In this document: positions 29,233 to 41,687 of the stretch, piece by piece
Layout: each line of letters begins with the position of its first letter
Position numbering within the stretch: the stretch's first letter is position 1
Origin: Syncephalis fuscata S228
Taxonomy: Eukaryota; Fungi; Zoopagomycota
Direction: 5' to 3'
NCBI GenBank assembly: GCA_025786725.1
Contig: JAHLTZ010000001.1
Coordinates: 372,001-436,000 of the forward strand
Length of the DNA stretch: 64,000 bases
Translations under genes and position numbers: made by a program
Notes under the pieces: model-generated
What the model saw: the letters and a program-made list of their open reading frames with translations, nothing else
Told to the model about the DNA's origin: nothing
Databases searched by the model: none

Positions 29233-32200
29233 CTAAATAATAAAGCCTCGAATTACTACAGCTGGTTCCAATGACTGTTTTGACTGCGTGGCACCACTAG
29301 ATGTACTTGATACCCGTCTATCGTTGTAGCGTGCACTAGGTGGTGTGCCTGCTTGACGTAGTTCAGGCGAACCCACCAATGGTGCCCGCGATATAATCCT
29401 ACCATCTTCATTTGTGGCCAATTGAGACCGTCTTACTCTACGTCTAGCTTGTCGTTTCTCTTCATCGTCGCCGTTATCATCGTCAATGTCATCGTTGTCG
29501 CCATCGATGGTATAGCTTATATCATCATTGAATTCGGCAATTCCATCGTTATCATGGCCAATCTCCTCGTATGGACTGTTATACTTTGAGAAAAAGGCCA
29601 ATGCACGGCGTTCTTGTAACTGCCCCGTAAGCTGATCCAATTCAGTTAATGCATCGGTATCAAAGGTTACATCAAATAGATCGAGAATAAATCGACGAGC
29701 AGACAATCGAAAGTGTGATCGTTCCATAGTGCCAAGTACTTCAAGATAAAGAGTAAGATCTTTAAACTTTTCTGGATGTTGTCCTTTAAGTCTATAATAT
29801 AAATATAGATATTAAATGCTTTATATTAATGATAGCTGCATTGTATAAGTCTTACCTTGATAATGCTTTAGAACCGGCATTAGCTAGAATATGATTTGTC
29901 AAATTACTGATTGAAGTAAGAATTTCTTTGGTAATGGCATCAGGCGGTGATGTATACAATGAAATGTAAATTGTATAAGATGGTTGGGTGAATCGCCATT
30001 TTGGTACCTAATAATTAGTAATTGTATAGTTAGTAATTGTATGGTAATAGTAATAGACTACTTACTAAAAAGAATTGATCTGGATGTGTTGGTAAACAGA
30101 CACCAAGAGAGCGGCCATAAGATGTTGTACAGCATAACCAGCCCAATTCTTCAAGTAACTCGGCACCAATCTGTGTTTTGTTTAATAGACCCAAAACATA
30201 GAAACAAGTGCTATCAATGACATATTAATACTGATACTGCCATTATTAATAACAATATTCTAATTACTTACCCACGAACAGAAAGTACTTCTGATGCACT
30301 TGCCATATAAACAATATCTTGTACAATGGCTTCGTTCAACAAAGTAAATCCTTGTTCACTTGCCCAATATTGCCCTATAATTACAATTGTATTAATTAAT
30401 TTAATATTAATAACTGTTTGTCATACATACAATAGCCCATAATGCAGCCTTTAGCTTCAATATACCATTCTCTTCTACTTCTAGCATATCAGGCCATCCA
30501 TGGATTGTACTAGCTAGAACGTCCAAGTGTTCTTTTCTTTGTAATAGTTCACAACCTGCAGGTGTCTGAACTAGCGAACCATAAAGATGGGGCGGTGCTA
30601 GTCCATAGGCTCTAAATCTATAATAGATACTGATTAGATGGATATGGCAATATTCCTATCAACTTACTTTGTCATATGACAGCGACGCTCAAATCGCACA
30701 TTAGTGTCGGTAGGTAATACGGCATCGGCTGCATGTTGTTGGTGTTGTAAATGAACATTATAGGCATTTGATAGCGTCATTTCAACTTCAGCTACATATT
30801 CAATATTATTACGCTATTGTATACATTATAATAGATGTCAGTATAATTATCTAATCTATTATAGCTATATGTCTAACCTCTAGCCAGAAATCCATTTCCT
30901 TTGATATCTGCTCCATATCAAGTATATGATGAATACCATGCGTTGATGCCAGAAATCTAATATATCAATTTGACAATTCATTAGAACCAAATGTAGATAT
31001 ATCCATATCAATATATATATATATATCTTACCGGAAGAATAAAGGCCGGCCTAATTCACCAAGATGATCTAGCATTGGACAAAGACGAACAAGCATTTCT
31101 AAATGGCCTGGATATTCACATGCTTCATCGAGAGCAGTGACGGCTAGTTGACATATCTTACATCAGGATCGTATAGCTGGTCAACTAGCATTCGAACACC
31201 CCATTCGTGAAAGTTTGGCAGCTTTTCATGAACAAGATTACGTAACTGACAAGTGGCAAGCCAACGAGCCGACTAGATAATAGATACATATATTAGTATA
31301 AATTACTTTAAAGCAATTAATAATAATAATAATAATACAACTTACCGTAGCTTCAGATGTCAACATCTTCACAAGAATAGCCCGTGGAAATCCATCGCTG
31401 ATTCATTATATATTAAATTAATGTTATATCAAATGATAAATACAACTTACTGAACATAACTCATACTTGTAAGAATCTCTCGGTAAACATCTTCTCGATT
31501 AGCAATTTGACTTAGACAGTAGATGGTATCAAATACGTTTGCTCGTTCCAATGCTCTAGATCAACAGTGTTATTCATTTATTCATTCATTCTAGGCACTA
31601 TGCGTATTGATTCGTACCTTATACCTTCTTTTGTACGAGATAGTGACATTAATAGCCAAATATAGGCCCAAGTTAGTGTTTTGTTCACTTCAATACGTGT
31701 CAATACTGAAACATCTGCTCCCGGTGTCTATTTAACCAAATGGCCGTTAATAATAGTTATTTATAAAGGCTAACAACATACCGGAATCATTTGTGATAGG
31801 TATAAAGCAATTTCACGTAATAGTTCACTTTCTTTTAAAAATCGCTGACCATCACTACTTAGCAATAATGTCTCAAGTATATCATGACCAATTTTAATAT
31901 ATTTCATATTTTCCTATATAACTTATGAATTAATAAACATTAATTAAGCTTTCATAATATACTTGCCAGGGTCATTGGTAATTGAGGAAATCCACTTGCT
32001 GGATGATAAAAGCCAAGTAAACGCTTCATAAAATGAGCACCTCTTAGTGCATCATCCAGATATTTCGGTACTTTTAAGGTAGTAGCAAATAATTCAGCAA
32101 TTAAATCCCAGTCCCATTTTGTACCATCCTTGACTGTTAACACCTATAATTGATTATAATTGTATTAGGCTATATAATAAGTGCTGTATAATTACTATCT

Positions 32201-35200
32201 TACCCGTGTTTCTTGTAGTGCATTACGAAAGACGGCATCGTCATTCACTACTGTAGTGGCATCAAATACAGCCTGGCTTAATTTATTTAAGCTATAACAA
32301 CAACAACAACAACAACAATATCCACTATTAATATCAATTTAAATACTTTTCATAATGGTATACCTTTCATAAGTTACATAACTTTTTCGTCGTCGTTCAT
32401 CATCTTCAACGAATAAATTGATTGATTGAAGGGCAGATGTTGCAAGTGCCCGTTTGTTATCATTAAAAACGACCGCTAGATTTACAAGCTGTGGTAAAGA
32501 CTAATTACATATTAATCATTCATTAATACCATGTTCTATTATATTAGTGTATCTACTTACTTGCATACGAGCGGCATGTCTCGAGGGTAGAATCTGTCGT
32601 CCTAGTTTTAATACATCTGTTAATAGTGCTAACGCTTGAGCTACAATCGCTTTATTAGATTGAGTGATTAAATTGCATAATTGCTAGTATAGAATAGATT
32701 AGAAATGATAATGACTATAAAGTGTATTTACCTCGATAAGGCCAGATTCAAGAAATACAAGTAAAACGGCACTCAAATGATGTTGTACAAGATCAACTCG
32801 ATTTACAAATGAAGGTCGAATAGTTCGACTACGAAATGCATATTGTCGTAACATGTGCATATGAGTATCTCGAGGATCAGGTGGTGTATTTAATGGATTA
32901 TCTAAATCCAATAATTCACGTATTAATCCCATTAAAGTAACCTATATGTAATATTAACTATTATTATTGTTATTGTTGTTGTTAAATACTAACCCGTGTC
33001 TCTTCTAATGGAGAACTTAATGCGGCCACAACCGAACGTACAGTACCCATATCATTAGCACATACATATAATAGACCTATCACATTTGTATTATTAATCA
33101 CCATCCTACTACTTTTATGTTAACATTAACATCTTACCAGGCCATGATCTAATCAAGTGTTTAAGCGTGGTCGATGAGTTCTTCATACGTTCAATGGCCG
33201 TTTGACCTCGACTGAACCCATCAGTAAAACAAGATATAGACATCTAAATATCGCAATTATTATAATTATTAATGGTTTTAAAGTACTTGCAATTGGTCAA
33301 TTACCTCTACATCCACACCTGGTCGAAGGAAATGTCGAGTCTGTGGCGAATCGAGTAAATAAAGTAGTGTCAATACCAGCGATTCCGATAAACTATGATG
33401 ACCATCCAATAGAGCATTTAATACCACACGAATACCGCCACAGCGCACAGCTGATTCAACACAGCGCACCGCTATTAGATTGTACATAATATATTAGTAA
33501 TTAACATATTATACTTAAATAGTAGATATTTACCAAGTTCACATATTGTCTCCAGACATAGATTACGATAGGTATCCTCAACCTGTTCGGCAATCGCCAC
33601 CATAGCTCGTAATATACTCTCAGGTATCACTTCAGCACCGCGTGGTATTTCCAAACATGTTCGAATCAATTTAATGGCTTGTTCACGCTCCCATTCATAA
33701 CGCTGATCACGTGTTAATGATCTAGTAACAGTTAAATAAATGAGATAAACTATCAACGTGACACTTACTGTACAACAAAAATATCGATTTGCAAGTCTTT
33801 TAACAATTGAATTGCTTCACGATTAACCATGGCACATTTAACAGTACGAAGTGCACTGGCTCGCAATTCACTAACTCGATCATTCAAAAAAGGTCTCACA
33901 CTACTCATCATTAGTAAGCATTACACATATTATATTTATATACACTATTAATTACCCTTTTAATATTGCATCTATGGGCACTGTCTCTTTATGTTCTTGC
34001 ATGGTAGCAATTAATTTGGTTAAAGTAGCAAATAACACAGCCCGTTCTTTTCCTCCTTTACACTCATGCTCTAATTTATGTAGAACGCGCTCACTTTCTA
34101 TTAAATACATTGGTATTAGTCTCTATTGCTATTACATATCGGTGTCATTTAGTTAGCACCCATCAACTTGCCTTCTCGAGCATTTTTACCGGCTAAATCT
34201 AAATCAGATATATCGATCTTCTGTACGTGTACCATAGCATTACGCACTGCTTCGTCACGTTGCTTTCGAGCCGGACCCTTTTCCGGTAACTTTGATCGTG
34301 ATATTCTAGATGTTGATGCTGATACTGATGGTACGGCAGCAGATGCCATGGTAGCATTATTAGCGGCCTTTGTTCTACCCGCACTTGATTCACGCGATAT
34401 AGGTAGTGATGTACTGCGATGTGGCAATGGTCGTTCAAGCGGTGCTGGTGCCGATTCAATAGACTTTGGAAATAGTGCAACAACTTCCAACTCTTGTGGA
34501 CGGGCTCGATCCGATGTTGATAACCGTGCCTCCAAATCAGCATTCTCTTGTAATGGAGACATCATAATGATTGACGGTTTCTCCTGGTGATCACCGTCTT
34601 CTTCCAATACCGGTGGCATAATATCATGCGACGAGTTTAAATAGTAGCCCATAGCAAAATCACTGGCATCATCCATCCCACTATCGTCATCATACATATC
34701 ATCTGTGTCCTCACCTCCATACGTTAAATCAGTACGACTGACCTCTAATCATCCCATATTTATCAATTAATTATTATTAATACATATAGTTATGTCTTCT
34801 CCCTCTCTCCTCTATCACATACCACCACTATGATCTACATTGTATAAACCATCCAACTCCTCATCTACATCGTCTACGTCGTCGTCGTCGTCGTCATCGT
34901 CATCATGTATACTATGTGTAAGTTTTCGCAATAAATCTGCTTCTCGTTTTAATAATGTAATACGCTGTGCTGCCGTGCCAGCTTGTTGACGCAGCTGATT
35001 ACGATTCACCGATCCGGATGGTAATTGAGAATAATTAACATTTTGCCATGAATCATTGACGGTTGTATCTATTGTCCATTGATTTGTCGTATAAGGTGCA
35101 TTATAAAATAGATCATTTTTAATATTTGATTGATTAAATGTCTTTTGTTTCCGTATATTCTGCTGACCTTCATTTAATAGATTGGTGTGACGGTAACTGT

Positions 35201-35497
35201 GTTCACTCTCGTTGTTTCTTTGTACCTTCCTGTTTATTATATCCTCCTCCTCCTCCTCCTCTTCATCCACTTCCTCTACGTCGCCAAGAACCGCCAAGGC
35301 ACTTTCGGCTGCGGATTTTATTCTTTCTTCATAGTCAATTTGTCGATAAATATCTTCCAGCTATATGTTTTGGTTAAGATTCCACCTCTTAGTCTTGTAC
35401 TCTATCTTACCTCTGCCGTACTAATATCATAGGAACTGACTATGTCCTCAAGGTGATCACCACTGTCAATATCTATATCACTTGATCCGGGATCCAT
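29233..35497 (-). CDS. TSC11: TORC2 subunit RICTOR (Avo3/Ste20/Tsc11), many introns
   Basis: EREQAIKLIR, CLETICEL, LYLLDSPQTRHFLRPGVDVE, WDWDLI, PPHLYGSL, LKAALWA and HFRLSARRFILDLF; N-terminal HR1-like helix (EERIKSAAESAL). Confidence 0.93.
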
Positions 35498-36772
35498 ATT
35501 TTGGACAAACAAACACGATACAGCGTGTTTTGTCGACTAGTGTTTAGATGAGATACTAATAGTCAATGTTTCGTCCTTCTAGTCACAGTGGCTTGATAAC
35601 AAGGATGACTATAACAATACTACAGATAATTAAAAAACAAAAGGTAAAGATGACGACGCACAAATGCGATGTTAATAAAGAGGAAGAGCAGTATCAAATA
35701 TGATGAGTTTAGCGTAAACGAAAGAAAGACGAAAGGCTCTTGATGATTGGGTGACCGTGAGGCACACAATGGATACATCACCTTTTAGTAGTACGTTTAT
35801 ATAGTGATTTGTTAATTAAGAATGTTTATTTCACACAATAGGATAGATAAACGGTAGTTATATGTTGGTTTTGTTAATAAAGAACATTTCGATATGTTTA
35901 TCTATTATAATGGCAATTATTTAATAAATTAAACATTATAAATAGTTGCTGAACACTGGAAAAGTGATTTATTGTACGTATGCTGTTCTAAAAATACCAA
36001 GGACAGAGTTGGCAATAAATTTAACTAATTTAACAAGTTCAGTTTTCCAAGTCAAAGTATGTGATATAAATATGAATAATAACAATAATAATACCTCATA
36101 TTAAGATTTATATACTATGGCAGTAACAAGAGTAGTAGTTTAAATAAATAACAAGTAATTTAAGGTAACAAGTAAAAATTTATTAAATGGCAATTCTAGT
36201 CACACGCACTAACAATATAGTGTTACTTGTTGGTACCAGTGTCGAGCAATTGATAATAGAGATGCTCATAGGCATTTGTCTTATATTGTTGTTGTTTGCA
36301 AAATACGCAATTCAATAAATTCTAGTATTACCTACTAATCTCGAGAAACGGTTTGTACTAGCATGTATACAGTGTTGGTTTAGAACGCGTAATGTAATAA
36401 TAAAAACAACTGTGACACTGTTCAGTTACTACTGGCCACACATCAAATACAAGAATAATTATGTTGCGATCACACTTTCAATGTGACCTCTGCACATGTT
36501 TTTAGCCTATACTATGTGGTTTGCTACTTCATAAAATATCTTTACTGTTAGCCAATAGTAATATAAATATACTTTAATTATTATTTAAAAATCCTAGTTT
36601 AAAAGCTAATGATAACAATATAGCAAGCATCAAAAACAGAAATTAATATCGCTTATATGATATTATTGTTAACATAATAACACATAATCGGTGATTACCA
36701 ATACATTCAAATAAGACATTTTGCTATTTATTAATATTAAATATTAATATAAATATTTAACAAATGCAGTGT

Positions 36773-38206
36773 TTATTTCTGCATACCAATTGTGTCCAAA
36801 TGACTACCAGTTGTTGCCGCTGCTTCATGCAGTAACATACGTGCCGCAATATAAGTGTCTGGTCGAATAAGATATACGGCGTGTTCGTTTAAACTTGTGC
36901 ATTGATACATGTCTGCCATTGTCGTGTTGTCGTATCGTTTGCCTTGATTTATGTCGACATACACTGGCGCATCGTTGAACTTTTTGTTTAACTGTGCTAT
37001 TAGCAATGTTGTTTGTGCAGATAATTCTGCTGCATTGCTGCTACTTTGTGTACCATGAATCACAAATGCCGGTAATACTGCCGACTTGTATGCTTTGAAT
37101 GTAGTCATCAAGTTTTTTAGTTGATTCACAGTGTCTAGTGGCAGTTGGCATGCGTTTGCTTCTACAGCGTTGTTATCAATAGTAGCCTTGCGGCCATCAA
37201 TAAATATGATGGCTTTGTATGATCCATTATTCTGTGCATAAAAGTGACGAGTACGCGTATTGGTGCAGTTGGCTGGATCGATGACTGACAGTCAATGGCG
37301 CGCGAACCTGGTACGCAGACAGGATCCGAAAACAAGTTAAACGGAAACCAATTAAACGAAATCCATGATGAGGCGGCCTTCGACCATGCTGGGGTATCGG
37401 CAAATATACCGCCATAACTAGATAGCGGGTATTTGATGCGAAGTTGTGCTGTTTTTTCCATCCGCGAGCGTAGAATAAATGAAGGTAAATATTGCATTAG
37501 CTGCATTATTCGTAAAAATATATTTGATTTTTTAGGATCTCTAATAAGCGAAAGATTGCTCCCTGAAAATTGTATAACGTCGTCAGCAACAGGAATTCGT
37601 TCTGTTGCGTATGACTTTAACAAATCCATTTGGCATACCCGTGATAGACCATGCCTATCTTCCATGCAATGTTTTCTGCATCTTGTAAGCCAGTATTCAT
37701 GCCTTGACCACCAGTTGGGCTGTGTACATGTGCAGCATCACCACAAATAAATACACGACTATCGTCTGATATAAACTTTGAAGCACGGCGCTCATTTATA
37801 TTAAATATCGAAAATGATAGTATACGTGGCTTTCCCAGATCGAATGGTAGAAAGCGGCGTTTAATGACACCGATAAGATTTTCAATTGCTAAGTCAGATG
37901 ACTCAGTATCCCAGCCCGTAAACATACGATATTTGTTTCCAATATGTGCACGGATACTGCCTATAAATCCATCTGGGCTCATAGAAAAGCTAAAATGACT
38001 TAACAATATTATATTACGTAGTTATTACACCCACCATGCTACCGGCAACCAATTCACATCAACTTCAACATCAAACACGGCCATACGATAGTCAGCAAGC
38101 TGTCCGTTAAATTGAGCGCCTATAGCCTTGCGTATATTACTGTGTCCGCCGTCACATCCAACCATATAAGGTGTCTGGCACGTTATAACTTCATTTGAAT
38201 CGACTT
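36773..38206 (-). pseudogene. 5'-truncated inverted copy of the neighbouring FAD monooxygenase
   Basis: Reverse complement of ~39192-40627. Lacks the start codon and GxGxxG exon, has two 1-bp deletions (~37627 and ~37288) and three amino-acid substitutions near the C-terminus, and keeps the intron. Confidence 0.8.
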
Positions 38207-38691
38207 AAACTTAGCATTGAGATTTATTTTATGCTATTAATAATCACTATAGACTGGTATGCACAATATGCTTTTTAATCATCGCATGCGTTGTTATGTT
38301 ACACGTATGCCTTTGGCGCCATGCTATTCTACTCTCACGAGTTGAACCGAAAGTCTGACCAGTCACTGAGCCTTAAAAGGTATGCGATATTCTCATTTTT
38401 GAAATACACGGATAACATACGTCCAATATAAATACGCACATTCCTACCTATCTTTCAATAAAATCGGGTTTTCGCTAACATTATTCTGTTGTTACTTGTT
38501 CAAAATTTGGCATACTATCTTGCATTTTGAATAACCGATTTACATTGATATTAAATTTTATTCAATTAAATATCCGACGTTTGTTACATATACACTTATT
38601 TATTTTGTAGTCGTTGGTCTGGATCCAATCAATAGCTAGCTTATTTAAACTATATCTATAGTATTCATCAAATACGCATTTGTATAAACGT

Positions 38692-40627
38692 ATGCACAAA
38701 ATGAATAAAAAACAACCTGTCATTATTGTTGGTGCCGGACCTGTCGGTCTTATGACCGCTCTAGTACTTGCTGAAGCTGATGTTCCAGTAGAAATTTATG
38801 GTTAGTTATTCGAGTCAAATATACATATCAGTTAATTTGGATATCCATTTATTAGAGCGTAATTATAAGCAAACCACTGAATGGCGTGCGACTGCCATAC
38901 ATTCTCGTACTATTGAACTGCTTGCCCGTTATGGGCTCACAGAAAAGCTATTAGGGGTTGGTAACCCATTTAATGGATTTCGTTTTCTTAAAGATGGCGA
39001 ATACTGGCCAGGCATGTCTATTGAGTTTATTCGTAGCGAATATCCTATGATGCTGGGATGTGGTCAAGACAGTACAGAAAATATTCTTCATCAGCGGCTA
39101 AAAGATTTAGATGTACATGTAAAATGGGGATGGGAATACATTTCGCACGAATTAGTCGACGATAATAAGCAAGTCAGTATTAAATTTAAACAAGTCGATT
39201 CAAATGAAGTTATAACGTGCCAGACACCTTATATGGTTGGATGTGACGGCGGACACAGTAATATACGCAAGGCTATAGGCGCTCAATTTAACGGACAGCT
39301 TGCTGACTATCGTATGGCCGTGTTTGATGTTGAAGTTGATGTGAATTGGTTGCCGGTAGCATGGTGGGTGTAATAACTACGTAATATAATATTGTTAAGT
39401 CATTTTAGCTTTTCTATGAGCCCAGATGGATTTATAGGCAGTATCCGTGCACATATTGGAAACAAATATCGTATGTTTACGGGCTGGGATACTGAGTCAT
39501 CTGACTTAGCAATTGAAAATCTTATCGGTGTCATTAAACGCCGCTTTCTACCATTCGATCTGGGAAAGCCACGTATACTATCATTTTCGATATTTAATAT
39601 AAATGAGCGCCGTGCTTCAAAGTTTATATCAGACGATAGTCGTGTATTTATTTGTGGTGATGCTGCACATGTACACAGCCCAACTGGTGGTCAAGGCATG
39701 AATACTGGCTTACAAGATGCAGAAAACATTGCATGGAAGATAGGCATGGTCTATCACGGGTATGCCAAATCGGATTTGTTAAAGTCATACGCAACAGAAC
39801 GAATTCCTGTTGCTGACGACGTTATACAATTTTCAGGGAGCAATCTTTCGCTTATTAGAGATCCTAAAAAATCAAATATATTTTTACGAATAATGCAGCT
39901 AATGCAATATTTACCTTCATTTATTCTACGCTCGCGGATGGAAAAAACAGCACAACTTCGCATCAAATACCCGCTATCTAGTTATGGCGGTATATTTGCC
40001 GATACCCCAGCATGGTCGAAGGCCGCCTCATCATGGATTTCGTTTAATTGGTTTCCGTTTAACTTGTTTTCGGATCCTGTCTGCGTACCAGGTTCGCGCG
40101 CCATTGACTGTCAGGTCATCGATCCAGCCAACTGCACCAATACGCGTACTCGTCACTTTTATGCACAGAATAATGGATCATACAAAGCCATCATATTTAT
40201 TGATGGCCGCAAGGCTACTATTGATAACAACGCTGTAGAAGCAAACGCATGCCAACTGCCACTAGACACTGTGAATCAACTAAAAAACTTGATGACTACA
40301 TTCAAAGCATACAAGTCGGCAGTATTACCGGCATTTGTGATTCATGGTACACAAAGTAGCAGCAATGCAGCAGAATTATCTGCACAAACAACATTGCTAA
40401 TAGCACAGTTAAACAAAAAGTTCAACGATGCGCCAGTGTATGTCGACATAAATCAAGGCAAACGATACGACAACACGACAATGGCAGACATGTATCATTG
40501 CACAAGTTTAAACGAACACGCCGTATATCTTATTCGACCAGACGCTTATATTGCGGCACGTATGTTACTGCATGAAGCAGCGGTAACAACTGGTAGTCAT
40601 TTGGACACAATTGGTATGCAGAAATAA
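38692..40627 (+). CDS. Group A FAD-dependent monooxygenase (aromatic/phenol hydroxylase type), 3 exons
   Basis: IVGAGPVGL, GCDGGHS, GDAAHVHSPTGGQGMNTGLQDA and C-terminal LIRPDAY. Confidence 0.95.
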
Positions 40628-41171
40628 ACACTGCATTTGTTAAAATTATAAATATTAATATTAATAATAGCAAAAAAATAATAATATTTGTCAGCAATAC
40701 CCAGTTGTAAACAAATGCTAAAGTACATTAATTAAGAAACTTAGTTTATTCATACACTTTAAGACAGGTATACTGGCCAAATTATAAATTAACTTGCATT
40801 AAGGTATAATGCTATTTGCTTGCTCTTATTAATACTTATTATTATAAAAACAAATAACTACGTTTCTTACTTGTAATACTAAGTGTGCAACTGTTTTAGG
40901 CCATTTAGCAGAAATAAACATTTATTACTTGCATTAGAAGGAAAGGTAATAGTTTACTGTCGTTAAATCTGATAAATCCTACTAGTATATTGTACCTTAA
41001 TGTAATGTTGCTAGTAGTATTTATTACACTGTAAAGATACGCCATAATGGAATTTTATGATTGCGCACAGTCTGTATTATAATTTAATCAAAAAGGGTGC
41101 AATGTTCAGTGATTTACTCTACAATTTCAATCTACCAAAAACTAAGTAATATAATTAATTATTAAATTATC

Positions 41172-41309
41172 AAACAATATGAATAAAATATCTATTTAAG
41201 GCATAGTGCCATGGGAATGTTGTATAATTTATAATTACTAAATATAGTACTATAAATTATTTAAATTTTCCCATGGCCTTGCACCTTAAATAAATACAAT
41301 TTATTGTTT
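41172..41309. repeat. Imperfect ~140 bp fold-back palindrome
   Basis: gccatgggaa (41208-41217) pairs with ttcccatggc (41268-41277). Flanking pairs: tatttaagg/ccttaaata and aaacaata/tattgttt. Inner pair: ataatttata/tataaattat. Confidence 0.8.
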
Positions 41310-41687
41310 TCCGATGTTACTTTTGTTCAAAATAAATATATAGCGAATTAGTTTTATTATTAATAAATTCTAGTAAAGTTCATTTAACTTAGACTTTTAT
41401 GCAATTGCATGTTTATAATTACTACTCTATTATCATAGTAACGCTATAATTCATTACAAATTCATTGCTTATTTGTTTCAGCCAATCTAACAAATTAATG
41501 CGTGTTGTAATCGGTAACCAATCGCAGATTCAATATTCATTTCACCCAAGCTATTTAACAAACAGCATGAAATTCCTTCTCGTTTAATATAAATCTCTAC
41601 TTGCATTGTATGACTTTTAAAAACTACAATAATAGTATATAGTTTGGAAAACTGAGTAAAAATTGTTGCTTTATTTCAAGTCAGGAA

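Larger units (their letters stand above)
36720..40672. repeat. Inverted repeat with ~1.5 kb arms (36720-38206 and 39192-40672) and a ~1 kb spacer
   Basis: Near-identical translations on opposite strands; breakpoint at aagtcgattcaaatg. Confidence 0.95.
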
